From NCBI RefSeq assembly GCF_009931435.1, contig NZ_CP043414.1: a stretch of 64,000 bases of DNA, one strand, 5' to 3'. The notes under the pieces were generated by a model. The model saw only the letters and a program-made list of their open reading frames with translations, was not told the DNA's origin and did no database searches. Shown here piece by piece: positions 21,089 to 30,600 of the stretch. Position 1 is the first letter of the stretch, and each line of letters begins with the position of its first letter. The stretch is from Escherichia coli (lineage in GTDB: Bacteria > Pseudomonadota > Gammaproteobacteria > Enterobacterales > Enterobacteriaceae). Made by a program: the position numbers and the translations under genes.

Positions 21089-22267
21089 ATGCAATTGCGT
21101 AAATTACTGCTGCCAGGACTGCTTTCCGTTACCCTTTTAAGCGGCTGTTCGCTGTTTAACAGCGAAGAAGATGTGGTAAAGATGTCCCCATTGCCGACCG
21201 TTGAAAACCAGTTTACGCCGACCACGGCGTGGAGCACTTCCGTGGGTAGCGGCATTGGCAACTTCTATTCCAATCTTCATCCGGCACTGGCGGACAACGT
21301 TGTCTATGCAGCAGACCGCGCTGGTTTAGTAAAAGCGCTGAATGCGGATGATGGCAAAGAAATCTGGTCTGTCAGTCTGGCCGAGAAAGATGGCTGGTTC
21401 TCTAAAGAGCCTGCATTACTTTCTGGCGGCGTGACCGTGTCTGGCGGACATGTCTACATTGGTAGCGAAAAGGCGCAGGTTTACGCGCTGAATACCAGTG
21501 ATGGTACTGTGGCATGGCAGACTAAAGTCGCGGGTGAAGCGCTTTCTCGCCCGGTGGTCAGCGACGGTCTGGTGTTAATCCACACCAGTAATGGTCAGTT
21601 GCAAGCCCTGAACGAAGCTGACGGCGCTGTCAAATGGACAGTTAACCTCGATATGCCTTCACTCTCTTTGCGTGGCGAGTCTGCGCCAGCAACGGCTTTT
21701 GGTGCGGCCGTCGTGGGTGGCGATAATGGTCGCGTCAGCGCAGTGCTAATGGAACAGGGCCAGATGATTTGGCAGCAGCGTATTTCCCAGGCGACCGGTT
21801 CTACCGAAATTGACCGCCTGAGCGATGTTGACACGACTCCCGTCATTGTTAACGGCGTTGTTTTCGCGCTGGCCTATAATGGTAACCTGACGGCGCTTGA
21901 TCTGCGCAGCGGTCAGATTATGTGGAAGCGCGAACTGGGTTCGGTGAATGATTTCATCGTCGACGGCAACCGCATCTATCTGGTCGATCAAAATGACCGG
22001 GTGATGGCGTTGACCATTGATGGCGGCGTTACGCTGTGGACACAAAGCGATCTGCTGCATCGCCTGTTGACTTCTCCGGTGCTGTATAATGGCAACCTGG
22101 TGGTAGGTGACAGTGAAGGTTATCTGCACTGGATCAACGTCGAAGATGGTCGTTTCGTTGCCCAGCAAAAAGTTGATAGCTCCGGTTTCCAGACTGAACC
22201 GGTTGCCGCTGACGGCAAACTGCTGATCCAGGCAAAAGACGGGACTGTGTACTCTATTACACGTTAA
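21089..22267 (+). CDS. bamB: Outer-membrane protein assembly factor BamB (beta-propeller lipoprotein)
   Basis: 392-aa ORF; lipoprotein signal with lipobox LLSGCS; repeated PQQ-like blades. Confidence 0.9.
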   Translation: MQLRKLLLPGLLSVTLLSGCSLFNSEEDVVKMSPLPTVENQFTPTTAWSTSVGSGIGNFYSNLHPALADNVVYAADRAGLVKALNADDGKEIWSVSLAEKDGWFSKEPALLSGGVTVSGGHVYIGSEKAQVYALNTSDGTVAWQTKVAGEALSRPVVSDGLVLIHTSNGQLQALNEADGAVKWTVNLDMPSLSLRGESAPATAFGAAVVGGDNGRVSAVLMEQGQMIWQQRISQATGSTEIDRLSDVDTTPVIVNGVVFALAYNGNLTALDLRSGQIMWKRELGSVNDFIVDGNRIYLVDQNDRVMALTIDGGVTLWTQSDLLHRLLTSPVLYNGNLVVGDSEGYLHWINVEDGRFVAQQKVDSSGFQTEPVAADGKLLIQAKDGTVYSITR

Positions 22268-22289
22268 TCGTCTCTGTCGTTCACTTTGA

Positions 22290-22330
22290 AAACGGCTCCT
22301 GGACAGGGGCCGTTTTCCTGTTTTTAACAA
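22290..22330 (+). terminator. Probable bamB terminator (aaacggc ... gccgttt then ttcctgttttt)
   Basis: Hairpin plus T-rich tract 23 nt after bamB stop. Confidence 0.5.
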
Positions 22331-22384
22331 CGACACGAATATAGCGTGCGTTGTCTGATGATTTATAAAAATGAGGCTTTAAAC

Positions 22385-23857
22385 ATGGTACCTGTGGTCG
22401 CGCTTGTCGGGCGCCCTAACGTAGGAAAATCCACGTTATTTAACCGTCTAACTCGCACCCGAGATGCGCTGGTTGCGGATTTCCCGGGTCTGACTCGTGA
22501 CCGTAAGTACGGTCGTGCGGAAATTGAAGGCCGCGAGTTTATCTGTATTGATACCGGCGGGATTGACGGAACAGAAGACGGTGTAGAAACCCGCATGGCG
22601 GAACAGTCGCTGCTGGCGATTGAAGAAGCGGACGTCGTACTGTTTATGGTGGATGCGCGCGCGGGCCTGATGCCTGCGGATGAAGCGATTGCTAAACATC
22701 TGCGCTCCCGCGAAAAACCGACCTTCCTGGTGGCAAACAAAACCGATGGTCTGGATCCGGATCAGGCCGTTGTTGATTTCTATTCGCTCGGTTTAGGTGA
22801 AATCTATCCTATCGCCGCGTCTCACGGTCGTGGCGTATTAAGTCTGCTGGAGCACGTGCTGTTGCCGTGGATGGAAGATATCGCACCACAAGAAGAAGTG
22901 GATGAAGACGCTGAATACTGGGCGCAATTTGAAGCAGAAGAAAACGGCGAAGAAGAAGAGGAAGATGACTTTGACCCGCAAAGTCTGCCAATCAAACTGG
23001 CGATAGTGGGTCGTCCTAACGTCGGTAAGTCGACACTCACTAACCGTATCCTTGGCGAAGAACGCGTCGTGGTTTACGACATGCCGGGCACTACGCGTGA
23101 CAGTATCTACATTCCAATGGAACGCGATGGGCGTGAGTATGTACTCATTGACACTGCGGGCGTACGTAAACGCGGCAAAATCACCGATGCGGTAGAGAAA
23201 TTCTCCGTAATCAAAACATTGCAGGCGATTGAAGATGCCAACGTGGTGATGTTGGTGATTGATGCTCGCGAGGGTATTTCCGATCAGGATCTCTCCTTAC
23301 TGGGCTTTATTCTCAATAGTGGGCGCTCACTTGTGATTGTAGTGAACAAGTGGGACGGCCTGAGCCAGGAAGTGAAAGAGCAAGTAAAAGAGACGCTGGA
23401 CTTCCGTCTGGGCTTTATCGACTTCGCCCGTGTGCATTTTATCTCTGCATTACACGGCAGCGGCGTTGGTAACCTGTTTGAGTCAGTACGTGAAGCGTAT
23501 GACAGCTCCACCCGTCGCGTGGGTACGTCAATGCTGACGCGTATCATGACCATGGCGGTTGAAGATCACCAGCCGCCGCTGGTTCGCGGGCGTCGTGTGA
23601 AGCTGAAATATGCCCACGCCGGGGGTTATAACCCGCCAATTGTGGTGATTCATGGCAACCAGGTGAAAGACCTGCCTGATTCCTATAAGCGTTATCTGAT
23701 GAACTACTTCCGCAAGTCTCTGGACGTGATGGGTACGCCGATTCGTATTCAGTTCAAAGAAGGGGAAAACCCATATGCGAACAAGCGTAACACCCTGACG
23801 CCGACCCAGATGCGCAAGCGTAAGCGTTTGATGAAGCATATTAAGAAAAGTAAGTAA
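22385..23857 (+). CDS. der: Ribosome-assembly GTPase Der (EngA), tandem GTPase domains
   Basis: ORF 22346-23857; ATG at 22385 gives [20 protein letters not shown]... (490 aa); two G-domains each with GRPNVGKST; acidic linker EEEEEDD. Confidence 0.95.
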   Translation: MVPVVALVGRPNVGKSTLFNRLTRTRDALVADFPGLTRDRKYGRAEIEGREFICIDTGGIDGTEDGVETRMAEQSLLAIEEADVVLFMVDARAGLMPADEAIAKHLRSREKPTFLVANKTDGLDPDQAVVDFYSLGLGEIYPIAASHGRGVLSLLEHVLLPWMEDIAPQEEVDEDAEYWAQFEAEENGEEEEEDDFDPQSLPIKLAIVGRPNVGKSTLTNRILGEERVVVYDMPGTTRDSIYIPMERDGREYVLIDTAGVRKRGKITDAVEKFSVIKTLQAIEDANVVMLVIDAREGISDQDLSLLGFILNSGRSLVIVVNKWDGLSQEVKEQVKETLDFRLGFIDFARVHFISALHGSGVGNLFESVREAYDSSTRRVGTSMLTRIMTMAVEDHQPPLVRGRRVKLKYAHAGGYNPPIVVIHGNQVKDLPDSYKRYLMNYFRKSLDVMGTPIRIQFKEGENPYANKRNTLTPTQMRKRKRLMKHIKKSK

Positions 23858-23919
23858 TCACTTATCTGGTTTCCCTTTCCAAACGGAGAGGGAAACTGAA
23901 CAACAGGCGAGGAGTATTT

Positions 23920-24135
23920 ATGGAACTCAACTGCCCAACCTGCCATAACCCTCTCGAACGCAACGGTGAAACTGCCCACTGTGCAACTTGTGCCAAAGAT
24001 TTCACCATTCAGGCGCTTTGTCCTGACTGCCATCAGCCATTACAGGTGTTAAAAGCTTGTGGTGCAGTAGATTATTTCTGCCAGCATGGGCACGGTTTAA
24101 TATCCAAAAAGCGCGTTGAATTTATTGTTGCTTAA
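23920..24135 (+). CDS. yfgJ: Small zinc-ribbon protein YfgJ
   Basis: 71-aa ORF with paired CxxC motifs (CPTCH...CATC, CPDCH...); conserved position after der. Confidence 0.8.
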   Translation: MELNCPTCHNPLERNGETAHCATCAKDFTIQALCPDCHQPLQVLKACGAVDYFCQHGHGLISKKRVEFIVA

Positions 24136-24326
24136 TATTATTTAAATATATGGTGTAATCATTTGTATTCATAATATAAATGATTGCATCCTATTTTATT
24201 TGTTGAAACGCAAATGTAAGTGAGCGAAATCACTGTGTTATAAATTTAAGATTATATTTAGTTTTCCTGGCGTGCCTTTCTGAATAATCTGGAATAGAAT
24301 ATTAGAGCTAATTTTAAGCATTATTA
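24136..24326. promoter_or_regulatory. AT-rich leader/promoter region of the sinH-like island (left island boundary)
   Basis: About 190 nt of strongly AT-rich sequence (ttaatattatttaaatatatggtg...) directly upstream of the first island gene; contrasts with GC-rich flanking core genes. Confidence 0.4.
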
Positions 24327-26519
24327 ATGTCACAGGGGATGTGCATGCTGCGATGGAAACGCTGTATTATGCTAACATTTATCTCTGGAGCTGCTTTTGC
24401 GGCTCCAGAGATAAATGTTGAGCATAAAGAATCGTTACCTGATTTAGGTAGTCAGGCCGCACAACAGGAAGAGCAAACTAACAAGGGTAAATCGCTAAAA
24501 GAGCGTGGTGCCGATTACGTCATTAACTCTGCCACGCAAGGGTTTGAAAACCTCACACCCGAGGCGCTGGAGTCCCAGGCCAGAAGCTATCTGCAAAGTC
24601 AAATTACCTCTACGACACAATCTTATATTGAGGATACACTCTCCCCCTACGGTAAGGTCCGAACGAATCTTTCTCTTGGTCAGGGCGGCGATCTGGATGG
24701 CAGTTCCATCGACTATTTTGTTCCCTGGTATGATAATCAAACTACTGTTTATTTCAGCCAATTTTCTGCACAACGAAAAGAAGATCGTACGATCGGGAAT
24801 ATTGGGCTTGGTGTAAGACATAATTTTGATAGATGGTTATTGGGTGGAAATATATTTTATGATTATGATTTTACCCGTGGGCATCGCCGTTTAGGTTTAG
24901 GTGCCGAAGCCTGGACTGATTATTTAAAATTCTCTGGCAACTATTATCATCCGCTTTCTGACTGGAAAGACTCCGAAGATTTCGATTTTTATGAGGAGCG
25001 TCCTGCGCGCGGTTGGGATATTCGCGCCGAAGCCTGGCTACCTGCTTACCCGCAGCTTGGCGGTAAAATCGTTTTCGAACAGTATTACGGTGATGAAGTC
25101 GCGCTTTTTGGCACCGATAATCTGGAGAAAGATCCCTTCGCCGTCACGCTGGGTGTGAAATACCAGCCCGTACCGCTCATTGCCGTAGGAACGGATTTCA
25201 AAGCCGGCACTGGCGATAATACCGATCTTTCTGTTAACGCAACGCTGAACTACCAGTTTGGCGTCTCGCTCAAAGACCAGCTTGATCCTGACAAAGTAAG
25301 CGCGGCTCACTCGCTCATGGGCAGCCGTCACGACTTTGTTGAACGTAACAACTTTATTGTTCTGGAATACAAAGAGAAAGATCCCCTCGATGTCACTTTG
25401 TGGCTGAAAGCTGATGCGACGAATGAACATCCCGAGTGCGTGATTAAAGATACGCCAGAAGCAGCCATCGGGCTGGAAAAATGTAAGTGGACCATTAACG
25501 CGCTCATTAATCATCATTACAAAATCGTTGCTGCCTCCTGGCAGGCGAAAAACAATGCTGCACGTACGCTGGTGATGCCGGTTATCAAAGAAAATACGCT
25601 TACCGAAGGGAACAACAATCACTGGAATCTGGTGCTGCCTGCCTGGCAGTACAGCTCTGATAAAGCCGACCAGGAAAAACTCAATACCTGGCGGGTACGC
25701 CTGGCGCTGGAAGATGAAAAAGGCAATCGGCAGAACTCCGGCGTGGTGGAAATTACCGTTCAGCAGGACCGTAAAATTGAGCTCATTGTTAACAACATCG
25801 CCAATGTACCGGATGAGAACAATCACAGCCACGAAGCCAGCGCGCAAGCGGATGGTGTAGATGGTGTCGTCATGGATCTCGACGTTACCGATAGCTTTGG
25901 CGACAACACTGACCGTAACGGTAATGTCTTGCCGCAGGATAATCTCAGCCCGCAGCTGTTTGATGCCAACGATAAAAAAGTGACGCTGACGAATAAACCC
26001 TGCACCACCGAAGTGCCGTGCGTTTTTATCGTCAAACAAGATAAAGAAAAGGGGACCGTTACGCTCTCCAGTACGTTGCCCGGCACTTTCCGCTGGAAGG
26101 CGAAAGCCGCCCCTTATGATGACAGTAACTATGTTGACGTAACGTTCCTGGGTTCTGACATCGGCGGGCTGAATGCTTTTATCTACCGCGTTGGTGCAGC
26201 TAAGCCCGTCAATCTTATCGGCAACAAAGAACCGTTGCCTCTCAATAGCCGCTATCGCTTTGTGCTGTGGCGCGACGCTAACAAAGACGGCGTGTTCCAG
26301 CTTTCTGAGAAGCTCACTGACGATGAGATGAAACAGTATGACTATCAGTGGGAATTCACGGGGCATAGCGTAAATGGCAATACCGGTGCGCAAACCAATA
26401 CCACGAACGTCGATATAGAGATCCCGGCAACCAACAAGGAAGCGGCAGCAAAGTTTAGTGCCCAGGTAACCGATGGCGTGCAGGGATACGGTTTGCAGGT
26501 CAATTACAGCAAGAAATAG
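24327..26519 (+). CDS. sinH: Intimin/invasin-family outer-membrane protein (inverse autotransporter), SinH-like
   Basis: 730-aa ORF; signal-like N-terminus (alternative start at 24345, MLRWKRCIMLTFISGAAFA); central inverse-autotransporter-type beta-barrel region; located between yfgJ and xseA as in the Salmonella CS54-type island (from memory). Confidence 0.7.
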   Translation: MSQGMCMLRWKRCIMLTFISGAAFAAPEINVEHKESLPDLGSQAAQQEEQTNKGKSLKERGADYVINSATQGFENLTPEALESQARSYLQSQITSTTQSYIEDTLSPYGKVRTNLSLGQGGDLDGSSIDYFVPWYDNQTTVYFSQFSAQRKEDRTIGNIGLGVRHNFDRWLLGGNIFYDYDFTRGHRRLGLGAEAWTDYLKFSGNYYHPLSDWKDSEDFDFYEERPARGWDIRAEAWLPAYPQLGGKIVFEQYYGDEVALFGTDNLEKDPFAVTLGVKYQPVPLIAVGTDFKAGTGDNTDLSVNATLNYQFGVSLKDQLDPDKVSAAHSLMGSRHDFVERNNFIVLEYKEKDPLDVTLWLKADATNEHPECVIKDTPEAAIGLEKCKWTINALINHHYKIVAASWQAKNNAARTLVMPVIKENTLTEGNNNHWNLVLPAWQYSSDKADQEKLNTWRVRLALEDEKGNRQNSGVVEITVQQDRKIELIVNNIANVPDENNHSHEASAQADGVDGVVMDLDVTDSFGDNTDRNGNVLPQDNLSPQLFDANDKKVTLTNKPCTTEVPCVFIVKQDKEKGTVTLSSTLPGTFRWKAKAAPYDDSNYVDVTFLGSDIGGLNAFIYRVGAAKPVNLIGNKEPLPLNSRYRFVLWRDANKDGVFQLSEKLTDDEMKQYDYQWEFTGHSVNGNTGAQTNTTNVDIEIPATNKEAAAKFSAQVTDGVQGYGLQVNYSKK

Positions 26520-26574
26520 GGTCGGCGCCATGGCTGATCGGGCCACCGCTGAATATTAATCAAGGAGAGTGTTT

Positions 26575-27567
26575 ATGAAACCTGATATGAAACGTGGCCT
26601 GACAAAAGTCGCGCTCGCGTTGATGCTGGCTGGATACTGTGCCGTACCAGCCGCTATGGCGGAAGATGCCGCCTGGGTCGCCAGTGGAGCGACCGCTGAA
26701 TTCGAAGGGACTATACCCTGGCTCTATCGCGAAGGGGGGAATGCCACGATTAACTCGGAAGATGCGGATCACATTAAAGTGACGTCTGATGGTAAAGGGA
26801 CCCGCCCTGCAGGTAGCGAGACGGATAAACGCCTTTACTCAGGGGATACCATCACGCTGGGATGGGATATCGGCGATACCGAAGGGGATGTTGATGATGG
26901 TCCCGCAGGCATTGATGCGAAAACGACGGCCACTATCAAATGGTACAGCTACAGCAATAATGCGGGTGGCGATAAAACGGAGCTGACCGCAGCGGCAGGC
27001 AAGACGAGTTATAAACTCACTGATGACGATCGTGGGCGTTATATCGGTGTTGAAATCCAGCCCATCACCCAGACCGGTAATCCCTTCGAGGGAACGTCGC
27101 TGACTCTGCTGGATATTTCAACGGCCAGCGGTGGCGGCAGCGATACGGACAATGTCGATCCCGGCCCGGTTGTGAACCAGAATCTGAAAGTTGCCATCTT
27201 CGAGAAAGGCACCACTACCAACCTTATCGGTGGTAACACGGCCATTGCGCTTAATAAAACGTATGTGGCCAAACTGTACTCGGATGAAAACCAGAACGAT
27301 AAATACGACGCAGGTACGGATATGGACGTTACCGCTAACTATGACTTTGCATGGGTCTTTAACGGTAACAGTAAACAACTTGCTGCGGCGGGCGGTATTG
27401 CTAATGCCAGCTTCGATAACAATGACATTGTTATCCCGCAAACTAACGAAGAAGCAAGAACCAGCCTTAATGGTAGTGACCGTAATGGTAAGAGTGGTCT
27501 TGCGATCCCGGCAAACGGCGACGGCGTTCAGGGCTATACGCTGTCTATCATTTACAAACACCACTAA
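26575..27567 (+). CDS. sinI: Secreted SinI-like protein, homologous to the SinH C-terminal module
   Basis: ORF 26569-27567; ATG at 26575 preceded by aaggag RBS; signal peptide MKPDMKRGLTKVALALMLAGYCAVPAAMA; C-terminal DGVQGYTLSIIYKHH parallels SinH C-terminal DGVQGYGLQVNYSKK. Confidence 0.65.
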   Translation: MKPDMKRGLTKVALALMLAGYCAVPAAMAEDAAWVASGATAEFEGTIPWLYREGGNATINSEDADHIKVTSDGKGTRPAGSETDKRLYSGDTITLGWDIGDTEGDVDDGPAGIDAKTTATIKWYSYSNNAGGDKTELTAAAGKTSYKLTDDDRGRYIGVEIQPITQTGNPFEGTSLTLLDISTASGGGSDTDNVDPGPVVNQNLKVAIFEKGTTTNLIGGNTAIALNKTYVAKLYSDENQNDKYDAGTDMDVTANYDFAWVFNGNSKQLAAAGGIANASFDNNDIVIPQTNEEARTSLNGSDRNGKSGLAIPANGDGVQGYTLSIIYKHH

Positions 27568-27576
27568 TGCGCACAA

Positions 27577-27606
27577 CAGCATTCCCATATGGGAATGCTG
27601 TTTTCC
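27577..27606 (+). terminator. Hairpin plus T-tract after sinI (cagcattcccatatgggaatgctg then ttttcc)
   Basis: Perfect palindrome 10 nt after sinI stop, followed by a T-run; a second long palindrome follows at 27608-27642. Confidence 0.5.
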
Positions 27607-27676
27607 GCCTGTTTTGCTTAGCGACGCGTTAAGCAAAACAGGTTGATGTTTTGTTTATCATGCTGGAGTTTTCTAC

Positions 27677-30600
27677 ATGTCGGTATGTCTGAAACCAGGG
27701 AAAATCATTATGCTTCTGGGCATGTTGGCAGCTTTTATGCTGTCTGACTTTGCACGGGCAGGGGCGGAATGGCAGACATATCCTGATTCTACAGGCGAGT
27801 TTAACGGAACCGTTCCTTTTGCCGACAGCGCCAGCGTACCCGTCTATCAGGGCAGTGTTCAGCTTAATCCTGCTGAATCTCATGATGTCGGGTTTTCTGC
27901 TAAACCGAATGAATTTAGTGTTGACGATGACGCTGCTAACCTGATTGTTGCTAATCCTCAGGACAATGAAGGCGACCAGTTTTCCACACCACCTGCGCTG
28001 CGCTGGGAAAATCAAACACCCCCTACCGTCAGCCTGGTGTGGGCCGATGCCGCCACGCCCGATGTGCCCCTTAACCCACAACCCATTGCTAACCGTAGCT
28101 TTTGCGCTCAGGGGCTCGCCGGACGCTCGCTGGTGGCCTGGCCGCAGATTGATGCGCAGCAAACCCTCCCACTGCTCTACCTGCTGACCTCGACCGGGTA
28201 TCCCTATGCGGGGACGGTGGCGCTGGTGGACCAGAAAGTGACCCTGAACATCGCGCCCGCGCAGGGCGATTTAATCTCGGTGAGCGCCAGCGGTTATAAC
28301 GAAACGATCGCGGCGGCAAAAACCACCGTTGGCGACACCATCACGCTCACCGTCACCACTAAAGATTGTCAGGGCAACGTCGCGGGTAATATTCCGTTTA
28401 TTATCAAACGTAAAGATGCTGAAAATCGCCAGGGGGCAGTGAATAATAGTGCGCCAGTGGTACTGGATAGCACCGAGTTAACGACGACGGCTACCGAATA
28501 CCATGGCACCTCTGATTCCAACGGCACGGCCACCATCACGGTGAGCCAACCGAACGGCCCTGGTGTCAAAACGCCACTGGTGGTCAGCATTTCCGGCATT
28601 GCGCAAACCAGCGAAACCGCAGTGATTTTTACCGTACTCACCAGCCCGGACGTGGCGCAGGCTACGATGTGGGGCCATATGGCGGAGACGGTAGAAGCCC
28701 ACGGTTACACCTTCAGTCGACCAAAGCTGGCGGCAGAAGTCAGCAATGAAAGCGCCACGGTTGTCGATCATAACGAAACCTGGTCCACCTTCACCTGGAG
28801 CGGCGCAGATAGCCACTGCACCGTGCTGCCCGGCATGCGCCACTTCGGCGCGCTGGCGACCGTTATCCCCACGTCGGTGCAGACAGCCCTTGGCTGGCCG
28901 ATGCAGGGGGATTATTACTGGTCATCGCTGGCGGGCACCACCGGGCAGCACCATGCGGCGGATGTCTCTAACCGTAGTGAAACGCAAAAGCCGGATAGCA
29001 CCCCGTTTCTTGTGAGCTGCGTGGATAAACCCGCGCCTGATGTCGAACCGAAAATCGTCCTTACGCCCGAAAACTATGATGATACGGCACAGGCGATGAA
29101 ATCGCAGGTGGGCGAAGACGCCACGATGCGTCTGACGATCACCGACAATAAAAATAACGATCAACCACTGGCGTATTACTACTTCTCGCTGCATCTGGAT
29201 GACGGCGTTAACCGCAAAAATCAAACCGATTCCGCCTGGGAAGCCCATCCGGTGCAGATTACTGGTGGTTCGAATTTACAACAGGTTGATGCTCACACCT
29301 ATGAAGGCATGACCGATGTCAACGGTCAGGCTTCGCTAACCCTGAGTCAGCCCGACGGCGCAGGCGTGAAAACCCATATCACGGCGAAAATGCGCAGCAA
29401 TTTTACGGCTACAGATGCCAAAGACGTGATTTTTACTGTGATCACCAGCCCGGACAGCGACAAGGCGCGGATGTGGGGCCATATGCGCGGCATTGTTGTA
29501 TCTGGCAGTCTGTTCAAACGCCCAGTGCTGGCGGATGAAACTGAGCATGAACTGGGATCGGTGCGGGAAAATGACGAAGACTGGGCGCTGTTCGATCAAG
29601 ACACCAGTATGCAGGCTGAATGCGGCGTCGGCCATACGCCACGTCAGAGTGGGCTGGAAAGCCTGTTTTCAGCCCATCCCGGTAACGCGATTGGCACTGA
29701 GTATGGCTGGCCCACCGCCCAACAGAGCTACTTAAGCGCGGTGGAGCAAGCCACGCATTCATCGGTGAATCTGGGGAACGGAAACGTCGACAGCTACTCC
29801 GGCTTTAAGCAGAATTACCTCTCCTGTTCGGGCAATGAGATGGTAGCGAAGGTTGAAGTCAGCACCGATCACGATATCACCCCTGGCAGCAAAGCGCAGG
29901 CCAAAGTAGGTGACACCATCGTGATGACCGTGCGTACGATTAACGCGCTCAATAATACCCCGGTACCCTTTACTGCATTCACCATTACCAAAGGCATGGG
30001 GTATAACCGAGCGGGGCTGGTGAGCGGGTTTGATGACCCGAGCAGCGGCGCAATCTCGATGAATGGCACGCAATACGGCACATCACAGCCGTCGATGGTC
30101 TACACAGGTACGACAGATGCACAAGGCGTGGCAACGGTCGAAATAGAGCAACCCCAGGGGGTGGGGTTAAGAACCGTGCTGAGCATTACGCCGGTCAATT
30201 CCCATCTACCAAATGCCATTAATTACAATGTTATTTTTACCACCCCAACCAGCCCGGATGTTAGTGGGGCGCAGATGTGGGGCCATATGGATGAAACGAT
30301 TACCGTTGATTCATTAACCTTTACCCGGCCTAAGCTGGCAGCAGAAATCGCCAGTCCGGATGGCACACTAACGGAAAAAAACGAAGTCTGGGCGCGCGTT
30401 AGCCAGGCCAGTACGGCCATTACCAGTAAAGGCGGTTGCGGAACCAATATGCTGCCGCGCCGCTCCCAGCTCAGTGCGCTTTATGACGCTAATAACGGTA
30501 ATGCGGTGCAAGCCACACACGGCTGGCCGACGCAGCGTCAGCCCTACTGGAGCAGTTCCCCCGCGGATTTAACGCCGCACAATTACACCATTGCCCTGGA

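Noticed and set aside
25038-26546. 502-aa minus-strand ORF fully inside the sinH-like gene
   Set aside because: Antisense shadow ORF; protein text is low-complexity and lacks recognisable motifs, while the sense strand encodes a coherent intimin/invasin-type protein
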